A stretch of DNA of 64,000 nucleotides from Lingula anatina (taxonomy: Eukaryota; Animalia; Brachiopoda), in assembly GCA_051362555.1 (NCBI GenBank), contig CM120647.1:372001-436000 (forward strand). Direction: 5' to 3'. A program made the translations under genes and the position numbers. Each line of letters begins with the position of its first letter. Position 1 is the first letter of the stretch. The notes under the pieces are model-generated. The model did not search any database. It was not told the DNA's origin and was given only the letters and a program-made list of their open reading frames with translations. This document shows, in pieces, positions 1 through 14,600 of the stretch.

Positions 1-84
1 GTTGACCTATTTTCCGGGTATTTTAGAGCTGTATATAATCAAGAAAACTCCCTAGTTTCAGTCAGTCTATTTCGTTAATATGCG

Positions 85-145
85 ATGGAGAGGATCGGGA
101 TGATCACCGTGTACATATCTGTACTATTATTTCATGTAAACTGTG
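85..145 (+). CDS. ADAM17: ADAM17 exon 1, signal peptide ([20 protein letters not shown])
   Basis: ATG at 85, hydrophobic stretch, G|GTAAGT donor, phase 1 matching exon 652-781. Confidence 0.75.
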
Positions 146-429
146 GTAAGTAGGGTAAGGTCTTTCCGTTTACACCAACTTGAGATGGTTTACAATTTTC
201 ATCAAGTTCTTGCAGTCATGTTTAAACTTGACTCAGCACAAAGTGAAAGTTTTATTCTAACACTTGCTATCTGCTGTTTCACTTAGTTTTGAAGTCTATT
301 TTGAAAAACAGTGATCGTATATTGTCATATCAATATAATTTTTATCCTGAAAACAACATTATCATATTTTTATTATTTCAATGTAAATTCCGTCTCTTCT
401 GCTTTGACTTACATGCCATGTTTTCCAGC

Positions 430-471
<42 letters not shown>

Positions 472-2602
472 CACACACGCACACACACACACACATACAC
501 ACACACACAGCAGTAACACGAAGATTCCTTCTTTAGCACTCCTATTGACAATTCTGATAAGTACTGGCTATGTTGAATTTTCGTGCTAACACGGCAGTTG
601 CTTCTCTCAACCCCAAACACTCTATCTAACAGACACCTTATTTCTTTCCAGCCACATTAACTGGGCGCCTGTCCTACTTTGAGACATTACATCACCGTGA
701 CTTCTCACATGTGATACATAGACGTAGTCTCCATACACAGACACCAAGCCATAGAGAAGTGGCTTTTAGTGCACTGGGCAGGTAGGTGAAATTCATTATT
801 GTAGTCTCCACACACAGACACCAAGCCATAGACCCCATTCCCAGAGATTAGATCGATCCAACTAGATTGAAATAACTCCCTGGGGGTTCATGCTAAATAG
901 CTGTCAGCCGAGTGGGTACGAAAGTTAATTATACCCCCCTTACAGCTTGTAGTAGGCGGGACGGACATTTAAGCCGGATTATCTGACTGTAATCTAGTGA
1001 GACTTCCCACGGGGATATATCAATCTAAAATCTATGGGAAGGCGCCCATAGAGAAGTGGCTTTTAGTGCACTGGGCAGGTAGGTGAATTTGTTATTGTGT
1101 TGATTTTATAACTTCCATGAAATGACACATGATTCCCATCAGTCCATTACTGCAATTTTCAGGCATCCTAAAAGCAGTTCAGTAGATATCAAGGTACCTC
1201 GACTCCCAAGACAGAAGTATACTGAGTATATTGATAAATTTGGCATTTCATCTCCTTTACACACAGTACAATTCAATTAAACATGAACCAAGTAACTACA
1301 TATCTTGGCTTTTTTTTTGTCCCAAATGTGCCCATGAAATATAACCAAGGTGCTGAGTTTAAGTATGCCCTGATTTTTACAGGCAGCTCCATCTGTTCTT
1401 CCTGTTGAGTTTTCTCTCATTGTTGTGTTACAGGCAGTTCCATCTGTTCTTCCTGTTGAGTTATTCTCATTGTTGTGTTACAGGCAGTTCCATCTGTTCT
1501 TCCTGCTGAGTTTTCTCTCTTTGTTGTGTTACAGGCGGTTCCATCTGTTCTTCCTGTTGAGTTATTCTCATTGTTGTGTTACAGGCGGTTCCATCTGTTC
1601 TTCCTGTTGAGTTTTCTCTCATTGTTGTGTTACAGGCGGTTCCATCTGTTCTTTCAGTTGAGTTTTCTCTCATTGTTGTGTTACAGGCGGTTCCATCTGT
1701 TCTTCCTGTTGAGTTTTCTCTTATTGTTGTGTTACAGGCGGTTCCATCTGTTCTTCCTGTTGAGTTTTCTCTCATTGTTGTGTTACAGGCGGTTCCATCT
1801 GTTCTTTCAGTTGAGTTTTCTCTCATTGTTGTGTTACAGGCGGTTCCATCTGTTCTTCCTGTTGAGTTTTCTCTCATTGTTGTGTTACAGGCGGTTCCAT
1901 CTGTTCTTCCTGTTGAGTTTTCTCTCATTGTTGTGTTACAGGCGGTTCCATCTGTTCAACCAGTTGAGTTTTCTCTCATTGTTGTGTTACAGGCGGTTCC
2001 ATCTGTTCTTCCTGTTGAGTTTTCTCTCATTGTTGTGTTACAGGCGGTTCCATCTGTTCTTCCTGTTGAGTTTTCTCTCATTGTTGTGTTACAGGCAGTT
2101 CCATCTGTTCTTCCTGTTGAGTTTTCTCTCATTGTTGTGTTACAGGCGGTTCCATCTGTTCTTCCTCTTGAGTTTTCTCTCATTGTTGTGTTACAGGCGG
2201 TTCCATCTGTTCTTCCTCTTGAGTTTTCTCTCATTGTTGTGTTACAGGCGGTTCCATCTGTTCTTCCTGTTGAGTTTTCTCTCATTGTTGTGTTACAGGC
2301 GGTTCCATCTGTTCTTCCTGTTGAGTTTTCTCTCATTGTTGTGTTACAGGCGGTTCCATCTGTTCTTCCTGCTGAGTTTTCTCTCATTGTTGTGTTACAG
2401 GCGGTTCCATCTGTTCTTCCTGTTGAGTTTTCTCTCATTGTTGTGTTACAGGCGGTTCCATCTGTTCCTCCAAAGCCAGCGTGGCCTGCTGTCGCCAGGG
2501 TTCCAAGCGTATGCTGTGGACGGTGCGGGGAAGAAGAAGACTATCAGTGTAGACCCTGATAAGGTGTATAGTGGATATGTAGAGGGTGAGTGAGAGTGTG
2601 TG

Positions 2603-2634
<32 letters not shown>

Positions 2635-5600
2635 CTGAGAGAGAGAGAGACAGAAAAAAAGAGAGAGGAAATATGAGAGAAAGAGGGAGAGGTAGCAATG
2701 GTGATGAACTCTCATGCCAGAGGTTCCTTGAGAAGGTAATTGAGTTCTGCAATTTTGTGTCATATTCATATGTAAAGGCAAGAAGTACACTTATAATATT
2801 ATGTTGTATGAAAAACTTTATATCTTGGTTTTCTTGTGCCAAATGTGCCCACAAAATGTGGTGTAGTTATAGTGCTATTGGATGCCCTGTGACGAGGTGA
2901 TGATCATTTAAGATTGAAGAGAGCAGTTAAGAAAAGAGCTGTTATTGCAGGGTGTAATATTATTCTCTGAACATATCAGGATATAAACCTATACCATATC
3001 ACTTAACATTTTACTACCCAGTCACTGTGACCCAGTATTTCAACTTCCAGGGGAGCCAGACTCTAGTGTCCTGGCGTATTTTGAAGATAAAGACCTGTCA
3101 GCTACCATCAAAACACCAGAAGACACCTATGTTATTGAGGTAAATAGGGGAGAGTCAAACTGCTTGAATACTAGATACTATTGAAAGAGAATAAGGGTAT
3201 GATGGCTTTAACAGTATCTTTTACTGTGTAACCATTAGAATGAATGTCAGTCTTACTGAATAGAGATTAACTTTGGTTTTGTATTGTCTTGCAGCCCTCA
3301 TGGCGCCACCTATCCAAGTCAGAAAACTACAGCATGATAGCGTACCGAGGGTCAGACATGGAGAAGGAGTTCAACAGAGAACATCCTAACCACATTGGGT
3401 ATTACTAACTACAGTCATATTTAGTTCCTGCTGTAACAGTGCAGTAGCTGGGAAAAAGTTTATTTTGTCATATCCTTACAATCACAATTAAAACTGGAAT
3501 TTTCATAGAAACATTTGCTTTTGTTCTTTTTTCACATTGCTGTTTTTTGATCTGTTGTCCCTTTAAAATTGTCATATGCCTTTTAATGTGCAGTGTTCAG
3601 TGACGGCCTAATGATAAAGTTTGAAATATGTTATCTAAAATAGTCCAGTGTATCAGAGAAGTGTTCTGAGTAATTATTTGTATTATTTCTATAATAACCA
3701 CCTGTCAAGAACTCAGTCTATGACATAAACACTAACCAGTATTCCTGTTTCTCCTCCAGCTCCCAGTTTTGTGGTGCTATTAAAGAGGGCTGGAATGACA
3801 CAGACACCTATGAGGAGGACGCAGATAAAGATGATGACACGGCATCTCGTGCCAAACGTCAGACAACCTTCACACGGCGCAGGTGTCCGCTGCTGCTGGT
3901 GGCAGACTATAAGTTCTATGAGGAGATGGGGCGCGGTGCGGAGGAAGAGATGGGTGGTCTAAAGAGGACCACCACTTACTTGGTGAGTTAGAAAAGATAC
4001 AGTTATTTGTTATTTGTAGAAAGTGGCAAGGAGAAAGGAAGTAGTAAATATTTCCTGTAGGAATTTAGTTCAGGTAGTTGGAGGAAGAGGAGGGCAGAAG
4101 AGGACAAATTCTCAGGTGATGTGCTGTCCTCATGGAGGGTGCAGTGTAGGTTTTATATATCTCAGCAAAGAAGGTGAACTATTCAACACATACATATTTA
4201 ATTCATTTGCAAGTATGCATGCATGCAAACATACACTTGCAGACAAACACGTGATAATAAGGGTTTTTAAAAATTAATTAAGAATTAAGGTTTATTTTTT
4301 ATTATTTTTTTTTTATTGCAAATCTCAAATAAGTACAGATTTCAGCAAAAAATATAAAATTTATAAATAACTAAATAAAAATCACACTCACTCTCTCACT
4401 CACTCACTCACAAAGAGACACTCAGTCATTTGCAATATATATATATATATAGTTACTGTGTCATTTAATATATATGTCAACAACGATATATTGATAACCT
4501 AATAGTAAAATACTTAATAATACTTAGTAAATAATATGATCTAATACAGATAAAAACAAATATGTGTTTTACTATCAAATATCGGCAGGGGAACATACGC
4601 AGATAGAAGATATCATTCCAGGAAGAGAGGCTGCAGCTTTTTCCATTTTTCATTAAATTTATCTATTGTCATGTTTCTCAGACTTATATTTCTCTCTGCG
4701 ATGTAGGCCTGTCTCCATTCTATTTTAATATTTTCTATGTTCGGGGTAATGTTTTTCATTTTAAATTTATATATAATAAATTTTGTTATGATCAGCAAAC
4801 TGTTGAGCGCATTGCATTTCAAATTTGGAATTCCTAGAATTATATCAGATGCTGTTAATTGTAATACAAGTCCAGTCTTTAAATGGATCCAGTCTTGTAT
4901 TTTTGCCCAAAGGGGAGCAATTACTTTGCACTCAATAAATAAGTGTTGAAGAGTTTCAGGGTGTTCGTTACAGAAGGAGCAGGTCTCTGTGTCTTTTATC
5001 CCAATTTTTCGTAAAAAATTATTTGTAGCTAAAATTCTTTTTGATACTCTAAATTTAAACCAGCGCAGTTTAGTATCTAAAGTACATTGGAAAGGAATGT
5101 TATTCAAGATTTTCCACTCTTCAGCTGTGAGAGGTTCTTTAGAAAGGAGTTCCCATTTTGACATTGCATTAGTCTTTTTCATTTCGTTTGAGTTCAAAAT
5201 ATTGTAAAAAGGTTTCCCCCCTTTTGTAAATTTTAATAGCCATTTAAGTTGGGTTGAAATTATAGGGAGCTCAATTTTTTCATGTAAATTGTCTATATTC
5301 ATTTGTTTTTGAAATTTTTTTACTGCGCATAGTATACTTGTGAACGTAACATAATTTATTATATTCCCGTGCCTTTCCTTGAACTGTTGGTATGTGAGGT
5401 AATTTCCCTCTGTATCGATCAAGTCATTTATGTTTCTTATACCTATTTTATTACAGGTTCTTATAAGAATAGGATTGTTTTTTATCCGTATTTTATCATT
5501 TAGCCATAAACATTCTTTTAAAAAATTTTCTTTTGTATCAATCTTTTTATTCTTTAACAGTCTGCACCATGCATCAATGACTTGATTCCAAAAAGCATTT

Positions 5601-8600
5601 TTTGATCCGTTCTTAATTTTTTGCATTTCAGACATTCCCATTTCAGACCAGTGTACACCCTTACTTTCAGGGATCAGACTAAGGAAAAAGAAAGACCATT
5701 TTGAATTTTTGTGCATGATTCTCCTGAGCCATGAAATTTTTAGGGAATCAATATAGTTTCTAATATCGGGGACTTTTATACCTCCATTTGAGTACGACTG
5801 TGTCATTATATCTCGTTTTACTCTTTCAATATTTCCATTCCATATGAAATTAAAGCACGTTTTTTGTATTTTGTCTACATATTTGTTTGGTATTGGCAAT
5901 GTGGAAAATAAATGAGTCATTTTTGGAAGGATCAGTGATTTAAAAATTACATTTCTCCCCAAAACTGTTAGCGATCGGTGAGTCCATTGTTTCATAGTTC
6001 TTTCCATATCTCTATAATTTTTCTCAATCATTTCATGTAAATTTACTGAGAAATCTATTCCAAGGATTCTGAAAAAACGTTCATTCCAATCGAGATTCAA
6101 CTCTTTACACATGCTCTCTTGTGAGTCTTTCTTGCTTCCGAACCAGTTTAATTTAGTTTTTTGATTGTTCATTTGTAGTCCAGAAAATTGGGAGAATTCA
6201 TTTAGAACCTTTAGGGTATTTCTTAAACTTTTTTCAGTCCCATCCAACACAATAGTTGTGTCATCAGCATACTGGGAGATGAGAAAAGTTTGATTATGTA
6301 TTGTAATGCCTTTTATGTCTATTTCATTTTTTAACATGATACTTAGTATCTCAGCACAAAGAATGAAAAGGTAAGGGGAGATGGGATCCCCCTGACGGCA
6401 ACCCCGAGAAAGATTGAAGAAAGAAGAGGCAAAACCATTAACCAAGACACACGAAGAGGAGTCTTTAAGGAAGAGTTTTATCCATTTTATGATAGATTCT
6501 CCAAAGCCAAAGAATTCAAAGGTTTTTTCGATAAAAACCCAGTCGATTGAATCGAAAGCCTTAGCAAAATCGATTTGCATCAACAGACCTGGTATTTCAT
6601 GTGCGTCACAGTATTCAATTAAGTCGAAAATGGTCCGTGTATTCTCACCTATGTATCTGCCCGCCATAAACCCATTTTGGTCTTCATTTATTAATATTGG
6701 TAATACTTTCTTTATTCGATTCGTTATACATGCCGAGGCGAGTTTATACACAACATTAAGTAGTGATATCGGTCTTAGGTTTTTTAACGAGTTGGTAGGC
6801 TTATTATGTTTAGGTAGAAGGACGATTATACCCCGGGTAAGAGTTATAGGTAGTTTGTCTTTTTCGTATGCCTCGTTTATACATCTTATTAAAAAACTAT
6901 TCAGTTCTTTCCAAAAGAATTTGAAAAATTCGTAAGTAAACCCGTCGGTACCTGGGCTCTTTTCATTTTTCGTTTGTCTTAATACTGTATAGAGTTCAGC
7001 GTAGTTTATCTTTCCTTCGAGCGAGGATGCTTCGGCTTCGGTCAATTTTGGAGTTTCAATATTTTCCAATCGAGTTTTTATGTCTACTGATTTGTGATTT
7101 TGTTTCTTAAATAAATTTTCGTAAAAGCGTGCGGTTTCTTTGAGAATCTCATTTTGTTCAGTAAGAATATTTCCGTTATCTGTTACCAGTTTAGTTATTG
7201 ACTTATTTGTAAAATTGCGATTTTCCAGTGCTAAAAAGTATTTTGATGGTTTTTCTCCGTATTCTATCCATCTTTCTCTTGATCTTATCATTATGCCTTT
7301 TACTTTTATTTTTCTTATATTTTCCAGTTTCATCTTTTCCTTATTTATCATTTCAAGAATTTCTTCTTTTTTGTCTAATTCGGCCTCATTTTAAAGATCA
7401 TTCTCTAGGTCGTTTATAGTATTTTCCACTTGTTTTTCCTCTGACTCTCTTTTCTTTTTTATCCTAGCACCAAAAGCAATCGTTTTCCCCCTAATTTTCA
7501 TTAAGAGAGTTTCAAGAAATAGCCCATCGCTTATAGTTAACTGTAAAGAATGTCTGTCAATATTCAGTATGTTATCTCTATTATAGGGCGCTGCTGCATA
7601 CTCTAAGATAGTTTCATTGATTATCTGCTTTACCATATCGGCATACTCACTTTCATATAAGTGGGAGTTATTGAATTTCCAAAAACCTTTTCCGTGTTTA
7701 ATTTTCCTTTTTAACTGTAAGTCCAGAGTTATAATGGAGTGGTCGCTCTTATAACCTGGAATAATCTGACTATCTTCGATATAATTTGTAATGGTTGTGG
7801 AAACAATAAAATAATCTAATCTTGCCTGTTTAAAAGGCGTAGGCTGCCGCCATGTATACCTCATGCATTTCCCTCCATATGTCGTGCCAGTTATGTAATT
7901 CCATCAAGGTATAAAGTTGATTAGAGGCCTTGGGGTTATTTTTATGTTTATAGTTATATGTGTCCTTCTCTTGGTTTAATACTAAGTTAAAGTCCCCACA
8001 GATAATATGATCCTGATTTCCAAAATTCATTATTGTCTCGTGTATTTTTAAGAAAAATTCAGGTGAATCATTATTGGGACCATACAGATTTATGAGTGAA
8101 ATGTCTTTTTCATCTACTATCATACTAAGAGCAATTAAGTTTCCGTTAGTGTCTTTCTCAACCTCCTTAATTTTATATTCAAAATTATTGTTAACCAATA
8201 TTGCAACTCCTCTTGAATTAGAGGTTCCATGACTGAAAAAGCATTTAAAGCCCCATTCAGCTGCTATATATTTTTCCATAGATAATGTACTATGAGTATC
8301 TTGTAAACAGTAGATGGAAAAGGATTTCTTCCGCAAGAAATTGAACACATCTAACCGCTTATTTCGGTCCCCAAGACCCCTACAATTTACTGAGCATATT
8401 TTAATATTTGATTTGATCTGTGTATATCTACCAGGTTTCTGCCGCATATGTATATACGACAGAAAATAAATTTACATCGCACAGTCATATTCTAAGTGTA
8501 GGTAAAGCAATCGTACTGAGGTATCAAATCTAAGTGTTTCATTGTTGCAAACTAATAGGGATAACTTAACTACATATATATCGGTTATACTATATAATGC

Positions 8601-11600
8601 GTTATCAAATTCACTTCCATCCACCCACGCATACAATAGACCACTTGTACCCATTCTACCAGAATTGACATACACACCAAGACAAACTATCGAAAACACA
8701 CACATACACAGGATAGTACTAATAACTAGTAATTAAAAAAAATAATGATAATAATAATGATAATAATAATTTGATGCTAGAGCGGCTAGCTAACAGTTAC
8801 CGCTCTGCTGTTTATAACTACTTTCAGTTTTACATTGATTTTTATTGTCCAAAATTTCAGTGTCCGTATAAAGTTCATTTTCAGGCTTATTGTTTTAATT
8901 TGGTGTCGATATCGTCGAATATGTCGAATGTATATCGGTTTATGAAAATTAAGGTTTATGAAAATTAGAAAATTCAGGAAATTCAACTTCAGTTATTCCC
9001 TATCTGATGTTGCTTTGCTGTTTTATTTTCCAGATAGCGCTGATCGCCAGGGTGAACCACATTTACAGAAACACCTCCTTTGATGGTCTGGACGACTTCG
9101 GCTTTGAAATCAAAGAAGTAAGAATTTTTTGGCAACTTAAAGCAGCTGAGGTTCATCATATGTAAATATCCTTGAGTAAAGAAACAAAAAACATGGAGAT
9201 CATTTCTCTCAAAATGATGCATATATATTATCTTATGTTTGCATTTATACATAGTATTGTTTTAACAGGGAGTCTGATATCATCTTACCAAGTCAATGGT
9301 ACTATAAGACCTTTAAGTTAGAGTTTGGACACTGCCTGGTGCTGCCCTCTACAGTACAGTTTGTGTACAACCTCAGACATGCTCTTTGTAGACAAAAAAC
9401 TTTGCATTCCTAATGAATTGGTTTCAAACCTTCCTGTTCTTGGTATATTTGTTATATAATTAAAATATGCACTGTTTTTGACAAACTCTTATAATATCTG
9501 CTTCAAATGAACCTTGGGCTATCCTGTGTGGACATATTGTAGGATAACCCTGTGGTTTGTTTATTTCTACAGGTCCGTGTCCACGAAACAGCAACAGTGC
9601 CTTCTGACCCAAAACGTCTCCACTACAACATGGATATCCAGAAGGTGCTTAACAGGCAGTGGGATACCAGAGAGTTACTAGAGGTATATGATGATGAGGG
9701 GGTGGAGGGGGAGGGCAGGTTGGGGGGCATATCTTTTAGGGATAGCAGTCTTCAAGTTGAAGGAGAAGGGAAGTTGTGCATTAAAGATATTCTGGAATGA
9801 TAGATGTTATTTTTAAGTACTCTTTTATTTTCATTGCATATGTTTACATATTATTAATTTATTATCTCATGTTAGTGCCATTTTTGATTTTGTACTTTTA
9901 TACATAATACACATACATGAAGTTACTAGAGAATGGTTTTATCTCAGAGTATTTAGTGTTATGATGCACATCAAATTATTAACATTAGTACATGGTTTTA
10001 CTTCCAGTTTAACACTATATAATAAAATCATCAATGTTTATATTGTGCACATCATCTACAGCATGTCTCAGCAGAGAGAAGCATGGGCTGTGACTACCAC
10101 ACTCATTAGCTGATTCTCTGGACTGTCTTGGGCTTGAAAGACATACTACTGCCCTCTATCTTCTGTTATAACTGTACACACAACTCATTACTAATCAAGT
10201 CATTCTTATGATACATACTTTTTATGTACAGACACAGATGTGTCTGTACATATAGCCATCATCTGCGTCTGTCGTCGCCGTCGCCGTCGTCGCCGTGCAC
10301 TTTTACCGATAACACGATAAGTGGAAAACTGTTTTTTATTTCAGCTTGAAACTTACAGAATTGATGAATATTTATAATATGCAGGTCAAGTTCGAAAATC
10401 AGCATGATCGGGTCACTTGTAGGGAAGTTATGCTGTTTTTTCACTTTTTTCAGCATATATGCAGCACCGATAACACGATAAGTGGAAAACCATTTTACCT
10501 TTTGGTTTGAAACTTACAATACTGATGAATATTCATAATACGCAGGTCAAGTTCGAAAATCAGCATGATCGGGCCATTTTTTGGGAAGTTATGCTGTTTT
10601 TTCACTTTTTTCATCATATATGCAGCACCGATAACACGATAAGTGGAAAACCATTTCACCTTTTGGCTTGAAACTTACAGAACTGATGAATATTCATAAT
10701 ACGCAGGTCAAGTTCGAAAATCAGCATGATCGGGTCACTTGTAGGGAAGTTATGCTGTTTTTTTCACTTTTTTCAGCATATATGCAGCACCGATAACACG
10801 ATAAGTGGAAAACCCTTTTACCTTTTGGCTTGAAACTTACAGAACTGATGAATATTCATAATACGCAGGTCAAGTTCGAAAATCAGCATGATTGGGCCAT
10901 TTTTAGGGAATTTATGCTGTTTTTTTCACTTTTTTCAATATAAATGCAACACTGATAACACAATATAAGAAAAACGGATTGGCCAATTGTCATTATACTC
11001 ACAGAAGTTGTCAATCTTACTAAAACGCAGGTTGAGTTCAAAAATCAGCATAAGCGGGCCATTATTGTACCACCAGCGTTAGCGCTGGCGGTACACATGG
11101 TTTCGGTCTCGTCCGGATCGTTCCGCCGGCTCCGCCGGCTCCGCCGGCTCCGCCGGACGGCTACCGTTACCGCTTCTCCTCCTAGACGGTAAGGCCCCCC
11201 ATACCCATCTCATGGATTTAGGTCACCTATAATCTCAACTCGTTCCACGTAAAATTTGGGCTTTGTCGGTATTGGGGTCTGGGTGTGGCACTCATTGCAA
11301 TGCACCCTTGTCCAAAAATGGCAAAATTAAATGCTAATTATCTACCCTACGGAAGGAGTTACGGGAAAAATTTCTACAGACGGCTTTCCAAAAGTCATAT
11401 GTGTAGATTTCAAATATACCCTCGGATTTGACCTTTGACCTTTACTTCAAGGTCAAATGGGCCAAAATTTTCAAAAAAATGAAATTTTTTACGAAAAAAA
11501 AATTTTTTGCCCTGTTATTCAGACACCACTCAGACTTAACCAATAATATTATTGGAAAGTGTTACCCTTCAGGTCATCTTTCATCTCCGTGAATTTGGGG

Positions 11601-14600
11601 TCAATCGGTGCATTTTCACAGGAGTAGCGGCCATAAGATACCGAAACTGAAAACTGTCTCTAATTCGGGAACCGTTAATGCTAGAGACCCATTCTTTTTT
11701 GCATTTTGTAGAGCATGTAAAGCCCAACACTGGAGGTGGTCTCGGTTTTTTTGTATTCCATACGGTTTTCGAGTTACGCTGTATCAAAAAGTACATATTG
11801 GTGGTAAAAGGAAAATGTACGGAAGCCCACTGGTGCCATATGTAGAAAAAAAAATTATCTCGAAATTTCGAGATACTATTTTGAAATTTGAACAAAAAAA
11901 TTTACCACCAGCGTTAGCGCTGGCGGTACACATGATTTCGGTCCCGTCCGGTCCGTTCCGCCGGCTCCGCCGCCATGTTACCGTTACCGCTTCTCCTCCT
12001 AGACGGTAAGGGCCCCCGTACCCATCTCATGGATTTAGGTCACCTATAATCTCAACTCGTTCCACGTAAAATTTGGGCTTTGTCGGTATTGGGGTCTGGG
12101 TGTGGCACTCATTGCAATGCACCCTTGTCTAAAAATGGCAAAATTAAATGCTAATTATCTACCCTACAGAAGGAGTTACGGGAAAAATTTCTATAGACGG
12201 CTTTCCAAAAGTCATATGTGTAGATTTCAAATATACCCTCGGATTTGACCTTTGACCTTTACTTCAAGGTCAAATGGGTCAAAATTTTCAAAAAAATGAA
12301 ATTTTTTACGAAAAAAATTTTTTTGCCCTGTTATTCAGACGCCACACAGACTTAACCAATAATATTATTGGAAAGTGTTACCCTTCAGGTCATCTTTCAT
12401 CTCCGTGAATTTGGGGTCAATCGGTGCATTTTCACAGGAGTAGCGGCCATAAGATACCGAAACTGAAAACTGTCTCTAATTCGGGAACCGTTAATGCTAG
12501 AGACCCATTCTTTTTTGCATTTTGTAGAGCATGTAAAGCCCAACACTGGAGGTGGTCTCGGTTTTTTTGTATTCCATACGGTTTTCGAGTTACGCTGTAT
12601 CAGAAAGTACATATTGGTGGTGAAAGGAAAATGTACGGAAGCCGACTGGTGCCATATGTAGAAAAAAAAATTATCTCGAAATTTCGAGATACTATTTTGA
12701 AATTTGAACAAAAAAAATTTTTATCTCGAAATTTCGAGATAGCATTTTGATATTTGAGCAAAAAAATTTATCTCGAAATTTCGAGATAGTATTTTGAAAT
12801 TTGAACAAAAAAAATGCTATCTCGAAATTTCGAGATAATTTTTTTTTTCAACATATGGCACCAGTCGGCTTCCGTAAAAATGTGCAGTACGGTAATGGAT
12901 AATAAATTTTGAACTCCGGAAAAATAAAACATAATGCTTGGCAAAGCAGACAACTTGTGGTCAAAAATGACATTATTTTATCAAATTTAAACTTCTGCAA
13001 CTTCAGAGAACCTCCCATTTCAAGAACTTTGACCAAAATGACCTTTTCTTTATTTTAAAGTCATAATAACTCTTCATTTTGGCCAAAAATTGGATTTTCC
13101 TGGAGTAAACGGCAATTTTCCCGTACTTACCAATGGTCAGCGACCCCATTCCTGCATTCAAAGTTAATCCAGGGTTTTTTTCCTAAACGTACGGTTTTTT
13201 GTTAAAATCTCTTAAGAGATTTTAACTGACGGAGCTCTCTCTGACATCGCATAGTCACTGTTGACCTACTTAAAACCGCGGGAAAAGCAGACAACAACAA
13301 CACTATATAAGATTCATGAGATATATTCGTCTTTTTGTTAAAAATGCATTAATATCCACAATGTGTGCCGTTCTGGGCTTTTTGTTATCCGACGCACTGT
13401 ACAAAAACTCGCAACTTACGTCTGCGTCCGCATTAATGCGTTTGGCGCCATATGTTATTTTGGTCTCGAATGAACGCGAGAATCCGCGTGACACCATTAC
13501 GTCATTAGCAACGAATGCCTTGATGAAAGCTTCGAAAGCCCTATTGACAAGCACAGATTTTAGTTTTACTACAATAACGGCCGTTTTAGTGGTAAAATAC
13601 AATAGAATATATTTCCATGCGTTGTTTACAATGTATTTCATGCGGAATTTTGAATCTCAAAGGAAGAGTTATTATTGCTTTAATTAATTTTTTCTGTAGG
13701 AAATTTATGGCACATTATGGTAACTCCAAAATTATAACATTTAGTCCCTTATATCTCCAAAACTGGCAGAGATAAGTCCATAGTTACTATTGAAGTTGAA
13801 TAGGAAGTCATGTACTGGCAATCTTACTGTGACCTTGAAATTGACCTTTGACCTACTTTTCACCATGAACTGAACTTTGCAAATTTTGCTTCCCTTTTAT
13901 CTCCAAAACTGGCAGAGATAGGTCCATAGTTACTATTGAAGTTGAATAGGAAGTCATATACTGGCAATCTTACTGTGACCTTGAAATTGACCTTTGACCT
14001 ACTTTTCGTCATGAACTGAACTTTGCAAATTTTGCTTCCCTTTTATCTCCAAAACTGGCAGAGATAAGTCCATAGTTACTATTGAAGTTGAATAGGAAGT
14101 CATATACTGGCAATCTTACTGTGACCTTGACATTGACCTTTGACCTACTTTTCACCATGAACTGAACTTTGCAAATTTTGCTTCCCTTTTATCTCCAAAA
14201 CTGGCAGAGATAGGTCCATAGTTACTATTGAAGTTGAATAGGAAGTCATATACTGGCAATCTTACTGTGACCTTGAAATTGACCTTTGACCTACTTATCA
14301 CCATGAACTGAACTTTGCAAATTTTGCTTCCCTTTTATCTCCAAAACTGGCAGAGATAGGTCCATAGTTACTATTGAACTTGAATAGGAAGTCATATACT
14401 GGCAATTTTACTGTGACCTTGAAATTGACCTTTGACCTACTTTTCACCTTGAACTGAACTTTGCAAAATTTGCTTCCCTTTTATCTCCAAAACTGGCAGA
14501 GATAGGTCCATAGTTACTATTGAACTTGCATAGGAAGTCATATACTGGCAATTTTACTGTGACCTTGAAATTGACCTTTGACCTTCTTTTCACCATGAAC

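Noticed and set aside
1425-2593. Long repetitive ORFs (372, 327, 160, 153 aa)
   Set aside because: They are translations of the 51-bp array; only 2452-2585 is a supported exon.
6414-6935. 173-aa + strand ORF
   Set aside because: Antisense shadow of the LINE RT.
11581-12750. Repeated ~104-133 aa ORFs (also at 34851-35117)
   Set aside because: They lie in the non-coding body of repeat family Y and show no Rep/helicase or transposase motifs.
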